This document shows positions 42,454 to 52,301 of a stretch of 64,000 bases of DNA, one piece after another. This DNA comes from Peptococcia bacterium (lineage in GTDB: Bacteria; Bacillota; Peptococcia; Peptococcales; SKKY01): contig OZ245787.1 of the NCBI GenBank assembly GCA_965228015.1, positions 1,736,698 through 1,800,697 on the forward strand, in the 5' to 3' direction. Within the stretch, counting starts at the first letter, position 1. Every line of letters begins with the position of its first letter. The notes below the pieces were generated by a model. That model had not been told where the DNA came from, ran no database searches, and saw only the letters and a list, made by a program, of their open reading frames with translations. The translations under genes and the position numbers were made by a program.

Positions 42454-44004
42454 GTTAGTGTAAAATAATTATGGGTAAAAAAACAAAAAATATTAGAGCA
42501 ACTCCTTATGTTACAATTAAATCGCTAAACCAAATCGCAAAAAAAGGAGAAACTCTAATGAGTAATATTATACATGAAATTGCAACTAAAATCGGTAAAG
42601 AAATAGCAGAAAATATGGAAACAACTTTAATTGAGGGAAATAATATATCTGAATTCATTTTAAAAACCAAAAAAATGCTGGATGAAGTTGGGGTTGCAAT
42701 TACGGAAAAAGCACTTGAAACTGTAGATATTTTAGTTAAAAAAGATTGTGCAAGAAAAAGAGACTGGAAAATAAAGGAAACAAAGTCGAAGAAAAGTTTG
42801 GCGACGATATTTGGTGAAGTAACCTATAAAAGAACGTATTATGTTTATAAAATTACCGGTGAATATAAATACTTATCTGATGAAGCTGTTGGTATTGAAG
42901 CAAATGACAGAATGGATATATTGCTAGAATCAATGTTAATAGAAGAAGCAATAGAGACACCATACAGAAAAAGTAGCGAAAAAATATCGAAGAATGTGTA
43001 TCTTACTGGTCAAACAGTAATGAATTCTATTAGAAAGCTTAAAGATATTTCTAATCATGCAGCACCAGTGAAAAAACTGATTCTCAAGCTAAGATTTTGT
43101 ACATCGAAGCTGATGAAGATCATGTTTCACTTCAAAGAGGAACATGTGCCGAACCTAGATTAATTTATGTTCACGAAGGTAAGTGAAAGGTAAGTAAAGA
43201 TAGATATGAATTAATAAATCCCAGATACTTTAGTGGTCTCTACCGAGATAGTGCTGATTTATGGCTTGAAGTAGCTGATTATATTGATAGCAACTATGAA
43301 GAAGAAACTATCGAAAAGATATATTTATCAGGAGATGGAGCCAACTGGATAAAACAAGGCAAAGAATGGATTAAAGATAGTATCTATGTTTTAGATATAT
43401 ATCATTTGTCGAAATATATAAAGAAGGCAACTGCTCATATGAAAGGCACACACCAAATGATGTGGTATTACATAAATACGAAAAGGAAAGATTTCGTAAA
43501 AGATTTATTCAAAGCAATAATTGAAGAAACAGAATCAGAAACAAAAATAGAAGCAATAAAAGATGCTAGAAGTTATGTGTTAAATAATTGGGAAGGTATA
43601 ATGAATCAATATGACCCGGATTATATAGGTTGTAGCGCAGAAGGCCATATTAGTCATATATTATCTGCAAGATTAAGTTCAAGGCCTCTAAGCTGGTGCA
43701 GAGAAGGTGTTGATCAAATGTCACGTCTGAGGGCTTTTAAGGCTAATTCAGGTAATGTATATGATTTAGTAAAAGAAAGAAGCAAGAAAAACAGAAACAA
43801 GAATCATAAAATTAGAAAGCCGTGTTATAAAAAAAGCTACGAACCTAATATCAGATGAGAAATTCGGTAATGTGCCAGTAGTTTTAACTGGTAAGAGAAC
43901 TTGGAAAAGAGAATTATTTAAAAGGATAGCGAGTGCGATTTAGCACGTAATACATACAAGGGGTTTTTTTATTCTTTTAAAACCCATAATTAATTGACAC
44001 GATC
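42454..44004 (+). mobile_element. ISLre2-like (UPF0236 transposase family) insertion sequence, copy A, no target-site duplication
   Basis: The 22-bp imperfect inverted repeats are GTTAGTGTAAAATAATTATGGG (42454-42475) and the reverse complement of 43983-44004, GATCGTGTCAATTAATTATGGG. Copy A is roughly 98% identical to copy B. The 9-mers flanking it differ (AATTCCCTC vs GAGTATAAT). Confidence 0.8.
42558..43942 (+). pseudogene. ISLre2-family transposase, copy A (frame change at A6 run, in-frame TGA, C-terminal frame change)
   Basis: MSNIIHEIATKIGKEI... is in frame 0 up to the A6 run 43071-43076. Frame 2 then gives TDSQAKILYIEADEDHVSLQ...LSGDGANWIK...LDIYHLSKYI, interrupted by TGA at 43184-43186. 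The tail KFGNVPVVLTGKRTWKRELFKRIASAI is in a third frame. The family assignment is from remembered motifs. Confidence 0.65.
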
Positions 44005-44214
44005 GAGTATAATTCTGTAAAAAAAGACTGGGAAAAAACAGGTGTAAAGCCTCTCTTTGCATTCCCAGATTTATATGAAGTAGGGATGAGTTATCTTGGT
44101 TTGAAGATTATATATAATATAGTTAATCAGCATCAAGATATGTTAATGTAAAGAGTTTTTACACCTTGGGGGTGCGGACAAAAACCTGGACTAAAAATAC
44201 AGGAGGATGTCCAT

Positions 44215-44991
44215 ATGTATTCCTACGAAGAAAAAATTAAAGCTGTAAAATTATTAATTAAATATGACAAATGTTATGCACAAGTAATGCGGGAGTTAGG
44301 ATACCTAGATAGAAAATCCCTAACGGCGTGGTACAAACAATATTTAAGTAATGGTGACTTAATTAAAGAATGTGAAAGAAAAGCAAAATTTTCTGAAGAA
44401 GAAAAATACAGAGCTGTTAATCATTATTTAGAACACGGAAAATGTGTACGACGCACTACAAGAATTCTTGGATATCCAAGCAGACCTACTCTTGATAAAT
44501 GGATACTAGAATTGGCGCCTGAACAAAAGAAATATTGTCGCTCAGGTAACGCATTGATAAAATATACTCGTGAACAAAAAGAAGCAGCAGTTATAGCTTT
44601 ATGCTCACGGGAAAAATCGGCCAGAGAAGTAGCGAATGAAATTGGCATTACCTGTGAGAGGCTTTATAGTTGGAAAAATCAGCTTCTAAAAAAAGGGTGG
44701 AATAGGACAATGCCAAAAAAAGATAAAGTATCCCCAAAAGTGAAAACTAATATTAGTGATGATCAAGCAAAATTATTATTAAAAGAAAAAGATGTTCTTT
44801 TAAAACAAGTGGAAGAATTAAAAAAGGATATATATCATCTTCAGTTAGAAAGAGATATTTTGGAAAAAGCAGCAGAAATAATAAAAAAAGATAAGGGCAT
44901 TAGCATAAAAACACTTTCTAATAGTGAAAAAGCCATGGCGATTAATGCCCTAAGAGAGAATTTTTTTAAAAGATTTATTGATAATTCTTAA
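44215..44991 (+). CDS. IS3-family transposase OrfA (HTH and leucine-zipper-like region)
   Basis: 258 aa. MYSYEEKIKAVKLLIKYDKCYAQVMRELGY... has repeated HTH modules. The coiled region LLLKEKDVLLKQVEELKKDIYHLQLERDILEKAAE precedes the overlap with OrfB. Confidence 0.75.
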   Translation: MYSYEEKIKAVKLLIKYDKCYAQVMRELGYLDRKSLTAWYKQYLSNGDLIKECERKAKFSEEEKYRAVNHYLEHGKCVRRTTRILGYPSRPTLDKWILELAPEQKKYCRSGNALIKYTREQKEAAVIALCSREKSAREVANEIGITCERLYSWKNQLLKKGWNRTMPKKDKVSPKVKTNISDDQAKLLLKEKDVLLKQVEELKKDIYHLQLERDILEKAAEIIKKDKGISIKTLSNSEKAMAINALRENFFKRFIDNS

Positions 44992-45788
44992 CATGGCAAA
45001 AAGTAGCTATTTTTATCAGGATTTTGTATTAAGTAAAGAAGATAAATATTCCAGTTTACGTAATAAAATTAAAGAAGTTTTTATTGAATCTTCAAAACGT
45101 TATGGTTATCGAAGAATTCATTCAGTTATAAAGAAAACCGGTATAATTATTTCAGAAAAAATTGTTAGAAGAATTATGAAAGAAGAGAAACTTTCAATAC
45201 CAGGCATTAAGAAAAAGAAATACAACTCATATAAAGGTGAGATAAGCCCTGTAATGCCAAATTTGTTGAAACACAATTTTCATGCTGATAAACCAAACCA
45301 GAAGTGGCTAACAGATCTAACCGAGTTCCATATTCCTGCCGGGAAAATATATCTTTCTCCAATTATTGACTGCTTTGATGGGCTGCCAGTCAGTTGGAGT
45401 ATTGGAACCTCTCCTGATGCCACATTGGTAAATACAATGTTAGACAAAGCCATCAGCACTTTAAATAAAAATGAAAGACCTATAGTACATACAGATCGTG
45501 GAGCACACTATCGTTGGCCTGGCTGGATTGAGAGAATGAAAAAAGCTCATCTTGTTCGTTCTATGTCAAAGAAAGGTTATTCTCCAGATAATTCTGCATG
45601 CGAGGGTTTCTTTGGCAGAGTAAAAAAACGAAATGTTTTATGGATATTCATGGAAAGAAGTCACAATAAAACAATTTATTGAAATATTAGATGAATATTT
45701 AAGGTGGTATGCAGAAAAAAGAATTAAAATTTCCTTTGGGGGAATGAGTCCATTGACTTATAGAAAAAGCTTAGATTTAATTGCTTAG
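44978..45788 (+). pseudogene. IS3-family transposase OrfB (DDE integrase core), C-terminal frameshift
   Basis: Contains ...YGYRRIHSVIKK...KWLTDLTEF...VHTDRGAHY...SPDNSACEGFFGR.... The frame changes 2 -> 0 at the A7 run around 45634-45640. The tail is ...EMFYGYSWKEVTIKQFIEILDEYLRWYAEKRIKISFGGMSPLTYRKSLDLIA, with stop at 45786-45788. Confidence 0.75.
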
Positions 45789-47432
45789 GTCCAAAAAACG
45801 TCCGCACCCCCTTGGGTTGATATGGAAGAAGAACTGAGGAAAAACGATATTAGCATATTTAGTCTGGAAAATAAAAAGCAATTAATGATTTTGATGTAAT
45901 TGGTTTTACATTGCAGTGTGAGATGACCTTTACTAATATTTCGAACATTTTGGACTTGGGAAAAACTCCCTTATTATCAAAAGACAGGACTAATGATAAT
46001 CCTTTAATAATAGCTGGAGGACCTTGCGTTTATAATTCTGAACCTCTGGCTGATTTTGTTGATGTTTTTATAATTGGTGATGGTGAAGAGATTATTCTGG
46101 AACTTCTGGAAGAGGTTAAAAAGAATAAAGATTTAAATAATGGTCAGATTGAAAAAGAAAGTTTATTAAAAGAATTGCTGAAAATACAGGGACTTTATAT
46201 ACCTGTGTTTTATGATGCAGGTGATTTGGGTATAATTTATCCTGTTGTGCAAAATGCACCCTGCCCGGTTACAAAAAGGACTGTGGATGATCTTGATCAG
46301 GCTCAGTCCTTTTTGTAACCTATTGTTCCATATATTGAGACGGTTCATGACAGAGCAATGGTTGAAGTTTTGAGAGGCTGTAACAGAGGGTGCCGCTTTT
46401 GTCATGCGGGAATTGTTTATCGCCCTGTAAGGGAGAGAAGCAAGGAAGTTCTTTTAGATCAGGTAAAGGAAATTATTAAAAATACAGGTTATGATGAAGT
46501 ATCCTTTACATCCCTTAGTATAAGTGACTACAGTGGAATTGAAGGACTTATAAGAGAAACTGCTGATGAATATAGTGAGAAAGGAATAGGTGTTTCTTTA
46601 CCTTCTTTGAGGGTAGATAATTTTTCTGTAAATATCGCAAAAGAAGTAAGCCGAGTACGTAAGAGTACCCTTACCTTTGCTCCTGAAGCTGGGACACAAA
46701 GAATGAGAGACATAATTAACAAGGGAGTAACGGAGGAAGGGATACTTGAAGTTGCCAGAGCAGCATTTTTCGAAGGATGGCAAAATATAAAGCTTTATTT
46801 TATGATTGGTCTTCCCTGGGAGACTGAAGAAGATGTATTGGGTATAGTTGATCTTGCCCAAAAAGTTCTTGCAGAAGGAGATAAAACCTACAAAGAAAGT
46901 CATCACAAACCGAAAGTTACAATTTCCGTTGCAGCCTTTGTACCTAAGGCGCATACTCCCTTTCAATGGGTTCCTCAGGATACTCCGGAAATAATTAGAG
47001 AAAAGCAAATACTAATTAAAAAGAATATCAGGAGTAAAAGAATTGTATTTAATTATCATGACGGAGAACTGGGTTTGATTGAAGGAATTTTTGCCTGGGG
47101 AGATAGAAAGGTTGGCAAAGCCCTGTTAAACGCTTTTAATAAGGGATGTAGACTTGACAGCTGGCGTCATTTTTTTAATTTTGAAAAATGGCTGGAAGCA
47201 TTTTCTGAAGAGGGAATTTCATTTGAAAAATATAATTTCAGAGAAAGATCTGCAGATGAAAAGTTTTCATGGGATATTATTAATCCTGGAGTGAGAAAAT
47301 CATTTTTAAAGAGTGAATATGAAAAAGCTTCAAGAGGGGAATTAACGGGGGACTGCAGACTTACTTTATGCAGTGTTTGTAGTGTATGCCAGAATCTTCC
47401 TGTAAAAATCGATTACAAGGGGGACCGGAAAA

Positions 47433-48124
47433 TTGAAATTAAGAGTTAAATATAAGGTAACAGAAGAGGGACGTTTTCTTGGTCATCTGGATTTAACAAG
47501 AACTATTATGAAAATTTTAAGGAGAGCAGATCTGCCGGTTATGCTTTCTGAGGGTTTTAATCCTCATCCCAGACTATCTTTTGCAATGCCCTTGTCAGTA
47601 GGTCATACTGGGGATGGAGAGTTTTTTGAAGTTGTTTTAAAAGAAGAAATAACTGAAGAAGAATTTATTAAAATTTTTAATAAATTTGCCCCCAGGCAAT
47701 TGAGGCTTTGGAAGTCAAGGAAGTTAAGGGAAATCATAAATCTATGTCAAGCATAATAAACAGTGCAATTTATGTTCTGGAATTTACTGATTCAAATTGT
47801 ACGCCGCTAAAAAAGAAAGCCATGGATATTCTGGCAGAAAAAGAAATTCTTATATTAAAAACCAGCAAGAAAAAAACTAAAGAAGCAGACATCAGACCAT
47901 TTATATTCGATATACTAGTGAATGAAGCAAAGGATGGGAAATGCATTTTAGAGGTGTATATTGCTCATGGAAATAAAGAAAATTTAAAGGCTCAGGAATT
48001 AATAAATATTTTTTCTATGGAAGGAATATCTATTGAAAAAGTGAGTATTAAAAGAAAGGGATTATATATCAAAAAGGGTAGTGAATACCTTGATTTGATG
48101 GGTGTCCTGACAAATGTGGGGTAG
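47433..48124 (+). pseudogene. TIGR03936 (DUF2344) radical SAM-associated protein, one frameshift
   Basis: MKLRVKYKVTEEGRFLGHLDLTRTIMKILRRADLPVMLSEGFNPHPRLSFAMPLSVG.... The frame changes 0 -> 2 at the C5 run near 47690 (...FNKFAP / AIEALEVKEVKGNHKSMSS...). Confidence 0.8.
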
Positions 48125-48126
48125 TT

Positions 48127-49575
48127 ATGAGACAAGAATTAATTATTCAGGCAGGTGAAGAAGAAGTACAGATTGCTGTTTTGGAAGAGGGTAAGCTTAC
48201 AGAATTATTCTTTGGAGAATCCATTAAAGAAGGGTATTCAGGAAATATTTATCTGGGCAGAGTGGAAAATGTACTTCCAGGAATGCAATCTGCTTTTGTT
48301 GATATTGGTTTAAATAAAAATGCTTTCTTATATGTTGAAGAAGCAATTTTGAATAATGGTGTTAAAGAAAACGGAGAATACCATATTGCAGATTATGTAA
48401 AAAAAGGAGAAGAGATTCTTGTACAGGTTATAAAGGAACCTGTTCGACAGAAAGGATCCCGTATTTCACGACAGATTACTTTACCAGGAAGATATCTGGT
48501 GCTTATGCCTCTTAACAATCATCTTGGTATTTCCAAGAAAATTGAGGATCAGGAAAAGGTTCAGTACCTCAGAGAAATAATGGAGGAAATTAAACCTCCG
48601 GATATGGGTGTAATCGTTCGAACGGTAGCAGAGAATATTAGTAAAAAATGTCTTGAAGAAGACATGGAAAATTTATTGGAAACCTGGAATAAAATTACAG
48701 AGAAGGCAAAAAAGTCCAATCCACCAGAGTTAATTAATACAGAAAAACCTGTTCTTGAAAAAATAATGAGAGATATTTTGAATCATAATGTGAAAAAAGT
48801 TATTGTTAACAACAAAGAAAATTATGAAAAACTTCGCCTCTTCAGCAAAGAAGAAGGAAAAGGTTTTGAAATAGAAATGGTTCAGGAAAAGGATCTTTTT
48901 TCACATTTTGATATTAAAAATCAAATTAATAATGCCTTGTCAAGAAAAGTATGGCTGGAAAACGGAGGCTATATTGTTTTTGACGAAACTGAAGCGTTAA
49001 CCTTAGTGGATGTAAATACCGGGAAATATATCGGAAAAACAAATGTTTTTGAGGATACTATTTTAGAAACAAATATTGAGGCAATTAAAGAGATAGTAAG
49101 ACAAATAAGATTGAGAAATATTGGCGGGATTATTATTATCGATTTTATTGATATGCAGGATAAAGAAAAAAAAGATTATTTAGTTGAAGAATTAAACAAA
49201 GAATTAAAAAAAGACAGAATAAAAAGCCATATTTTTGGAATAACCCATCTTGGTTTGGTAGAAATGACCAGAAAAAAAGTTGGCAGTGCCCTTTCTTCTG
49301 CTTTTGAAAGAAAATGCCAGAATTGTGAAGGCAGGGGCAAGGTTACATCTGAGAGACTTGTTTTTTCGAATATAAAAGAAGACCTTAAGATACTTGTAAG
49401 GGAAAATGGATACAAAACTCTAATTGTGAAAGTTTCATCCTTTATGTATCGATATCTTCTTAATCATAACGCTAAGATTATTAAAGCCATGGAAGAGAAG
49501 ATGGGAATAATCATAGTAATAGTTGAAGATTATAATTACAGGGATGATTATTATGAAAATAGAAGGTATCTATAA
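48127..49575 (+). CDS. rng: Rne/Rng-family ribonuclease (RNase G-like), intact
   Basis: 482 aa. S1 domain GNIYLGRVENVLPGMQSAFVDIG and catalytic region ...LVDVNTGKY...GGIIIIDFIDM.... Confidence 0.88.
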   Translation: MRQELIIQAGEEEVQIAVLEEGKLTELFFGESIKEGYSGNIYLGRVENVLPGMQSAFVDIGLNKNAFLYVEEAILNNGVKENGEYHIADYVKKGEEILVQVIKEPVRQKGSRISRQITLPGRYLVLMPLNNHLGISKKIEDQEKVQYLREIMEEIKPPDMGVIVRTVAENISKKCLEEDMENLLETWNKITEKAKKSNPPELINTEKPVLEKIMRDILNHNVKKVIVNNKENYEKLRLFSKEEGKGFEIEMVQEKDLFSHFDIKNQINNALSRKVWLENGGYIVFDETEALTLVDVNTGKYIGKTNVFEDTILETNIEAIKEIVRQIRLRNIGGIIIIDFIDMQDKEKKDYLVEELNKELKKDRIKSHIFGITHLGLVEMTRKKVGSALSSAFERKCQNCEGRGKVTSERLVFSNIKEDLKILVRENGYKTLIVKVSSFMYRYLLNHNAKIIKAMEEKMGIIIVIVEDYNYRDDYYENRRYL

Positions 49576-50283
49576 ATGAAGCTATGGGCAATAGGAGATT
49601 TTCATTTATCCTTTTCAGAAGAGGGTAAACTAAGAAAATCTATGGGTATTTTTGGAGAAAACTGGGAAAATCATGACCGAAAAATTAAAGATAACTGGAT
49701 TGAAAATATTTCCGGTGATGATTTAATTTTGATTCCTGGAGATTTTTCCTGGGCAATGAATCTTGAAGAATTGAAACTGGATATTGAGTATTTAAATAAG
49801 CTTCCTGGTAAAAAAATATTTATCAGAGGTAATCACGATTACTGGTGGACAAGCAGCAAAAAAATGAAGGAATTTTTTCCTGAAGGTATTTATTTTATAC
49901 AAAATGACTATTTTCAGATTAAGGAAGATCTTTATATTTGCGGTACCAGAGGGTGGTCAGTTCCCGGAGAAAAAGGATTTAGCCAGAAGGATGAAAAAAT
50001 TTATCTTAGAGAGTTAAGCCGGCTTAGACTTTCTCTAAATTCTGTCCCCAAAGGAGATAATATAGAAATAATTGTTATGCTCCATTATCCACCAGTAAAT
50101 ATGAAACATGAATATAGCGGTTTTATTGAATTGCTGGAGGAGTATAATGTGAAACTATGTATATACGGTCATCTTCATGATGCTTCAATTGGATGCAGAA
50201 TTCCTGATTCAAAATGGGGAATTGATTTTAGGCTTGTAAGTGCAGATGCGCTGAATTTTAAGCCATCCCTGATTAAGAGTTAG
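49576..50283 (+). CDS. metallophosphoesterase family protein; last codons replaced by the IS copy B insertion
   Basis: Contains GDFHLS, PGDFSW and GNHDYWW motifs. The present stop (AGT TAG) is formed by the first bases of the IS. The pre-insertion reading would be ...SLIKIIF*. Confidence 0.8.
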   Translation: MKLWAIGDFHLSFSEEGKLRKSMGIFGENWENHDRKIKDNWIENISGDDLILIPGDFSWAMNLEELKLDIEYLNKLPGKKIFIRGNHDYWWTSSKKMKEFFPEGIYFIQNDYFQIKEDLYICGTRGWSVPGEKGFSQKDEKIYLRELSRLRLSLNSVPKGDNIEIIVMLHYPPVNMKHEYSGFIELLEEYNVKLCIYGHLHDASIGCRIPDSKWGIDFRLVSADALNFKPSLIKS

Positions 50284-51830
50284 TGTAAAATAATTATGGG
50301 TAAAAAAACAAAAAATATTAGAGCAACTCCTTATGTTACAATTAAATTGCTAAACCAAATCGCAAAAAAAAGGAGAAACTCTAATGAATAATATTATACA
50401 TGAAATTGCAACTAAAATCAGTAAAGAAATAGCAGAAAATATGGAAACAACTTTAATTGAGGGAAATAATATATCTGAATTCATTTTAAAAACCAAAAAA
50501 ATGCTGGATGAAGTTGGGGTTGCAATTACAGAAAAAGTACTTGAAACTGTAGATATTTTAGTTAAAAAAGATTGTGCAAGAAAAAGAGACTGGAAAATAA
50601 AGGAAACAAAGTCGAAGAAAAGTTTGGCGACGATATTTGGTGAAGTAACCTATAAAAGAACGTATTATGTTTATAAAATTACCGGTGAATATAAATACTT
50701 ATCTGATGAAGCTGTTGGTATTGAAGCAAATGACAGAATGGATATATTGCTAGAATCAATGTTAATAGAAGAAGCAATAGAGATACCATACAGAAAAAGT
50801 AGCGAAAAAATATCGAAGAATGTGTATCTTACTGGTCAAACAGTAATGAATTCTATTAGAAAGCTTAAAGATATTTCTAATCATGCAGCACCAGTGAAAA
50901 AACTGATTCTCAAGCTAAGGTTTTGTACATCGAAGCTGATGAAGATCATGTTTCACTTCAAAGAGGAACATGTGCCGAACCTAGATTAATTTATATTCAC
51001 GAAGGTAAGTGAAAGGTAAGTAAAGATAGATATGAATTAATAAATCCCAGATACTTTAGTGGTCTCTACCAAGATAGTGCTGATTTATGGCTTGAAGTAG
51101 CTGATTATATTGATAGCAACTATGAAGAAGAAACTATTGAAAAGATATATTTATCAGGAGATGGAGCCAACTGGATAAAACAAGGCAAAGAATGGATTAA
51201 AGATAGTATCTATGTTTTAGATAGATACTATTTGTCGAAATATATAAAGAAGGCAACTGCTCATATGAAAGGCACACACCAAATGATGTGGTATTACATA
51301 AATACGAAAAGGAAAGATTTCGTAAAAGATTTATTCAAAGCAATAATTGAAGAAACAGAATCAGAAACAAAAAATAGAAGCAATAAAAGATGCTAGAAGT
51401 TATGTGTTAAATAATTGGGAAGGTATAATGAATCAATATGACCCGGATTATATAGGCTGTAGCACAGAAGGCCATATTAGTTATATATTATCTACAAGAT
51501 TAAATTCAAGGCCTCTAAGCTGGTGCAGAGAAGGTGTTGATCAAATGTCACGTCTGAGGGCTTTTAAGGCTAATTCAGGTAATGTATATGATTTAGTAAA
51601 AGAAAGAAGCAAGAAAAACAGAAACAAGAATCATAAAATTAGAAAGCCGTGTTATAAAAAAAGCTACGAACCTAATATCAGATGAGAAATTCGGCAATGT
51701 GCCAGTAGTTTTAACTGGCAAGAGAACTTGGAAAAGAGAATTGTTTAAAAGGATAGCGAGTGCGATTTAGCACGTAATACATACAAGGGGTTTTTTATTC
51801 TTTTAAAACCCATAATTAATTGACACGATC
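50279..51830 (+). mobile_element. ISLre2-like insertion sequence, copy B, with perfect 9-bp target-site duplication
   Basis: It has the same inverted repeats as copy A. TGATTAAGA occurs at 50270-50278 and 51831-51839. I counted about 25 differences from copy A over about 1550 bp, mostly transitions and homopolymer length changes. Confidence 0.88.
50384..51770 (+). pseudogene. ISLre2-family transposase, copy B (shares the three copy A lesions and has an extra frameshift)
   Basis: It has the same A6 frame change (50897-50902), the same in-frame TGA (51010-51012) and the same C-terminal frame change. It also has A6 instead of A5 at about 51368-51373, and DRYYL replaces DIYHL. Confidence 0.65.
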
Positions 51831-51846
51831 TGATTAAGATAATTTT

Positions 51847-51875
51847 TTGACTTTATATAAGGTATGATGTAATAT
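51847..51875 (+). promoter_or_regulatory. sigma-A type promoter of rplU-prp-rpmA
   Basis: TTGACT, a 17-nt spacer, then TAATAT. Confidence 0.5.
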
Positions 51876-51882
51876 ATTATAG

Positions 51883-51986
51883 TCTATAGTGGTCTCGCTG
51901 TGTGACGTTAAAACCGCGCGGAAAAGGTTCCAAAACTGTTTTTACAGTACCTTAAGAGGCGAGTCTTTCGAATTGGAGGTGCAGAC
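51883..51986 (+). promoter_or_regulatory. structured 5' leader of rplU (possible L21-leader type autoregulatory element)
   Basis: GC-richer island in AT-rich DNA, with CTCGC...GCGAG and CGCGCGG segments, directly upstream of rplU where Firmicutes carry the L21 leader. No covariance model was run. Confidence 0.4.
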
Positions 51987-52298
51987 ATGTACGCTATTAT
52001 TGAAACAGGTGGAAAACAATACAAAGTTCAAGAAGGTGACAGCATCAACGTTGAGTTATTAAACGCTGAAATTGGTGATGTTATTGAGCTTGATAAAGTA
52101 TTAATGGTTTCTAATGGACAAGGCATCAAGGTTGGTGCTCCATATGTTCAAGAAGCAAAGATTCAGGCTAAAGTGCAAAATCACGGTAAGGCAAGAAAGA
52201 TTATCGTTTATAAGTACAAAGCTAAAAAGAACTACCGTAAAAAGCAAGGTCACCGTCAGCCATTTACAAGCATTATTATTGAAAAAATTGTAGGCTAA
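51987..52298 (+). CDS. rplU: 50S ribosomal protein L21
   Basis: [20 protein letters not shown]... is the canonical L21 N-terminus. Confidence 0.96.
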   Translation: MYAIIETGGKQYKVQEGDSINVELLNAEIGDVIELDKVLMVSNGQGIKVGAPYVQEAKIQAKVQNHGKARKIIVYKYKAKKNYRKKQGHRQPFTSIIIEKIVG

Positions 52299-52301
52299 TA
52301 A

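Larger units (their letters stand above)
44169..45810 (+). mobile_element. IS3-family insertion sequence (1642 bp) with 4-bp target-site duplication CTTG
   Basis: Terminal inverted repeat GGGGTGCGGAC...GTCCGCACCCC. CTTG occurs at 44165-44168 and 45811-45814. Removing the IS and one duplication restores ...RVFTPWVDMEEEL... of the host gene. Because the junction is palindromic, a 6-bp duplication CCTTGG with shorter repeats is equally possible. Confidence 0.85.
44005..47449 (+). pseudogene. TIGR03960-type radical SAM protein: 5'-truncated, IS3-interrupted, one frameshift, two in-frame TAA
   Basis: The gene begins mid-codon-series at the IS copy A boundary (EYNSVKKDWEKTGVKPLFAFPDLYEVGMSYLGL...). 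It then carries TAA at 44149-44151, an IS3 insertion at 44169-45810, a frameshift near 45885 (...KKQL / NDFDVIGFTLQCEMTFTN), and TAA at 46316-46318. The remainder is intact and includes RGCNRGCRFCHAG. Confidence 0.8.

Noticed and set aside
42471-42557. N-terminal extension MGKKTKNIRATPYVTIKSLNQIAKKGETL of the copy A transposase ORF
   Set aside because: In copy B the same region is out of frame. The ATG at 42558 (50384 in copy B) follows AAGGAG and is the shared start.
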